Of a DNA stretch of 64,000 nt, positions 61,024 to 64,000 are shown one piece after another. Both the position numbers and the translations under genes were made by a program. Source of the stretch: Octopus sinensis. Lineage: Eukaryota. Position 1 is the first letter of the stretch. The number at the start of each line of letters is the position of its first letter. The stretch is taken from the NCBI RefSeq assembly GCF_006345805.1, contig NW_021832829.1:186001-250000 (forward strand), given 5' to 3'. The notes below the pieces were generated by a model, which did no database searches, had not been told where the DNA came from, and was given only the letters and a program-made list of their open reading frames with translations.

Positions 61024-63243
61024 ATGGAATCGAATAATGCAGAAGATAGAGTAAAAGTGATTGTACGAGTTCGTCCTCTCACCGACCAGGAGATTTCAAA
61101 TGGACATGGTCAGTGCACATTTGTAAGTCAAATCTTTATTATTTCTTTATAAGATCGAGGAAACTACCGGCCAAATTACAGTTTCCAATATCAGTATTAA
61201 TGGAATGCCAAAAACATATTCATTCGATCACGTGTTTGGAAAAGACTCTAAACAAGCCGACATTTTCAACAAAGTCGGTCGTCCCATAATCGACAGTGTC
61301 ATGGAGGGATACAACGGTAACAAAAATCAATTATTCAGGGACTATTTTTGCATATGGCCAGACCGGGACAGGCAAGACATACACTATGGAAGGAGTAAGA
61401 TCACAGCCAGAACTCAGGGGAATAATTCCCAACTCATTTGCCTATATTTTTGGGAATATTGCTAAAGCAAAAAGTCACGTGAGGTTAAAACATATTCCAC
61501 AATATAGATTTCTTGTACATGTTTCATATTTTGAAATCTACAACGAGGAAATACGTGATCTTCTCCCAAACGATCAAACTAATCGTCTTGAGGTCAATTT
61601 TACTTGAAAATCAATAAAGATAAAAGAGAGGTCCGACATTGGGGTCTACGTGAAGGATCTTTCCAAATTCGTGGTCAATAACGCAGACGATATGGATCGG
61701 ATCATGACTATTGGCAATAAAAACAGTTTTAATTTAAATTGAGGGACTCAGGAATGGTCGGTCCGACAAATATGAACACTCATAGTTCTCGGTCTCACGC
61801 AGTGTTCACAATCACAATCGAATGTAGTGACCAAGGACCGGACAGTGCAGAGAGAGTGAGGATTGGGAAACTCAATCTTGTTGATTTGGCGGTAAATAAC
61901 GGTCAAATAACTGATAGGGGTCTGAAAGGCAAAGTAAAACAGGATCAGTGGGGATTCGGTTTACGGAGGCCAAAAAAATTAATCTTTCTTTGTCCACCCT
62001 CGGAAAAGTCATTTCTACTTTGGTCGATGGGAAATCTATGCACGTGCCATACAGAAATTCCAAATTGACGAGAATTTTGCAAGACTCGTTGGGCGGGAAT
62101 TCAAAGACCGCGATGATTGCGAACGTGGGCCCCGCAGATTATAACTACGAGGAGACCCTGAATACAATCCGATATGCCAACCAAACAAAAAATATAAAAA
62201 ATAAGCCGAGGATCAATGAGGACCCCAAAGATGCTCTTCTCCGTCAATATCAAAATAGCATTGATGAGTTGAGAAAGAAACTGGCTGATTGTAATTTGTG
62301 TAAAAATATTATTTAGGCAACGATTCAGGAGATTCGACGTTTAAAAAATCGAGTTTGGTAATTTTAATATCGAAGAATTTTCGAAAACCCAAATTCTCGA
62401 AATTCAAGAAGCGATCGATCAGGATCGGCGAACCCTGGAAATGAAAAAGAATATGGCGGAGGAAGAGCGGATAAAAATTCTCAATAATCTTCAAATGAAG
62501 GAAAAGGAACTTAGTGTTGCCGAGTTGTCATGCTGACTTGATCTTTTTAGAGACGAACAAAAATTCCTGATGGAAGAATTATCGCAGTTGGAAAGGAAGG
62601 TCATTGTGGGGGGAGTCAATCTCATGGAAAAAGCTGAGGAGCAGGAACATTTGTTAGAAGAGAGCGCTCGGAATTTGGAAGAGAAACGAGTCCAGGAAGA
62701 GCTTTTAAGAAAGACTTTAATGGCCAAGGAGGTATATATCAGAAATACTATAAAAAAGCAAGAACGATTGGATATTGAAGAAAAGTATTCATGCTTACAA
62801 GAGGAAGTCGATTCGAAAACAAGGAAAATTCAAAAGGTCTGGGATTTATTAATGCAAGCAAAATCTGAGGTTTTTTAAATTCAAAAATAGTAGATGGAAG
62901 ATATGGAGGCTAATCACAAACGAGATATTGACGAACTAATGGAAAACTGTCGTCAACTTTGTCTTGATACGAAATTCCACATGTTACTGATAGACAGTTA
63001 TATCCCCAAGGAATATCAGGTATTTTGAAATTCTTCGATGGCAGGAATTGATAAACGAAAATTCAAGATGGGACAATGAAATTGGGGAGTGGGTTATCAA
63101 AGGAGTGGCGTATACAGGAAATAATATGCCAAGACAAAAAGAGGATGTAGAGAAAGTTGACAAAATTGTGAGGACTGTGATTTGTATATTTTGAGGGAGC
63201 TGACTTGATGACTAGTGTGTACATGAAGTATCCAAAAAACTGA
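61024..63243 (+). CDS. KIF3A: Kinesin-2 motor subunit KIF3A-like, multi-exon
   Basis: [41 protein letters not shown]-like EKAEEQ stalk, and tail WDNEIGEW...VAYTGNNM...VYMKY typical of KIF3A. Confidence 0.92.
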
Positions 63244-63859
63244 GCCGAAAATGGAAAAAGATGAGAACTAATATTTCACAATTTTTAAAAATAGTTTCTT
63301 CACAATTTGTTTTAATGGTTTTTGGTAGAAAATGTAGATTGTTCTGTCTATTAAATAAGAAGGAAAAACATTTTATAATTTAAAAATAATCTTAAAATAT
63401 TTGCCATGTTGGCTCTTAAAATGTTTCTTTGGAGAATACGAGTGTTACTTCTACTTCCATTTTTCCGTATTCAACAAGATAACTAGGTTCAATGAGTCAG
63501 AGATAAAAAAAAAAGTTGCTGATTTTGCATTCATCAACTGTATGCCATAGTTTAGCAGAAATATATCTTTTTTCCAGTTTCGAGTATTTAATTTCTATCT
63601 TGACTAAAAAAAGTTTTTTTAATTGCAGATTCATAGTGCCCTTCCCAAGATTTCTAATTAGAAAATTAGATAGTTGATATTGTAGGGTTTTCTGGGGTTC
63701 AACGTCGAAAGCGCAAGCATTAATGTTGAAGCTTTAAGCTTTGAAGTTTAAACAAAATATAAGCAAGCATTGACATTTTTCCTTTGATCAAAACAACATT
63801 ATTTAATCATTAGATTCTAATGAGATGGTTGAGCCTGTTTACTGTTAATACTGATGACT

Positions 63860-64000
63860 TCATTGATATCCAAATAAAGTTAAAGCACCTAATTTTTCTA
63901 AAAAATTCAAAATAATTGAAAAACCACTGCATGCTAGCTATACTGCGGGTGAGATTGCTGCCAAAAAGATGAAATCACATACTCTTGCGGAAACTGTTAT
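63860..64000 (+). mobile_element. Buster/ZBED-type hAT transposase fragment running off the window
   Basis: PLHASYTAGEIAAKKMKSHTLAETVI ~ ASYxVAxxIAKxKKPHTIAETLI. Confidence 0.6.

Noticed and set aside
1-64000. tRNA, rRNA or snRNA genes
   Set aside because: None recognisable by eye; tRNAscan-SE or Infernal would be needed to exclude divergent ones.

Overview
AT-rich eukaryotic genomic DNA. Compact gene islands with tiny GT-AG introns (about 21-34 nt) alternate with dense, nested transposon debris. The divergent genes, an E-protein-like bHLH and the intron size suggest a highly reduced parasitic animal such as a myxozoan or dicyemid (inference). Host genes recognised after manual splicing: IPO5, a class I bHLH, RPN1 (3'-truncated), POLR1A, ZNF830, RPLP0, GOLGA5 and KIF3A. 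Mobile DNA includes IS630/Tc1, pogo/Tigger, several hAT families, Ginger-like integrases, and CRE-, R4-, RTE- and Jockey/I-like non-LTR elements. The main second-look items are: (1) an endogenised rhabdovirus-like nucleoprotein at 23.3-24.0 kb; (2) a 45-codon histone-H3-tail ORF inside the ~700-bp inverted arms of a 5.85-kb TA-flanked element; (3) DNA transposons carrying host-sized micro-introns; (4) a TGTCAC...GTGACA element with a 5-bp TSD carrying an internal telomere-like array built from an 11-mer; (5) a Tc1-anchored segmental duplication with a filled/empty hAT site. All protein alignments were done by eye against remembered reference sequences; no searches were run. TE boundaries lacking TIR/TSD support are approximate.
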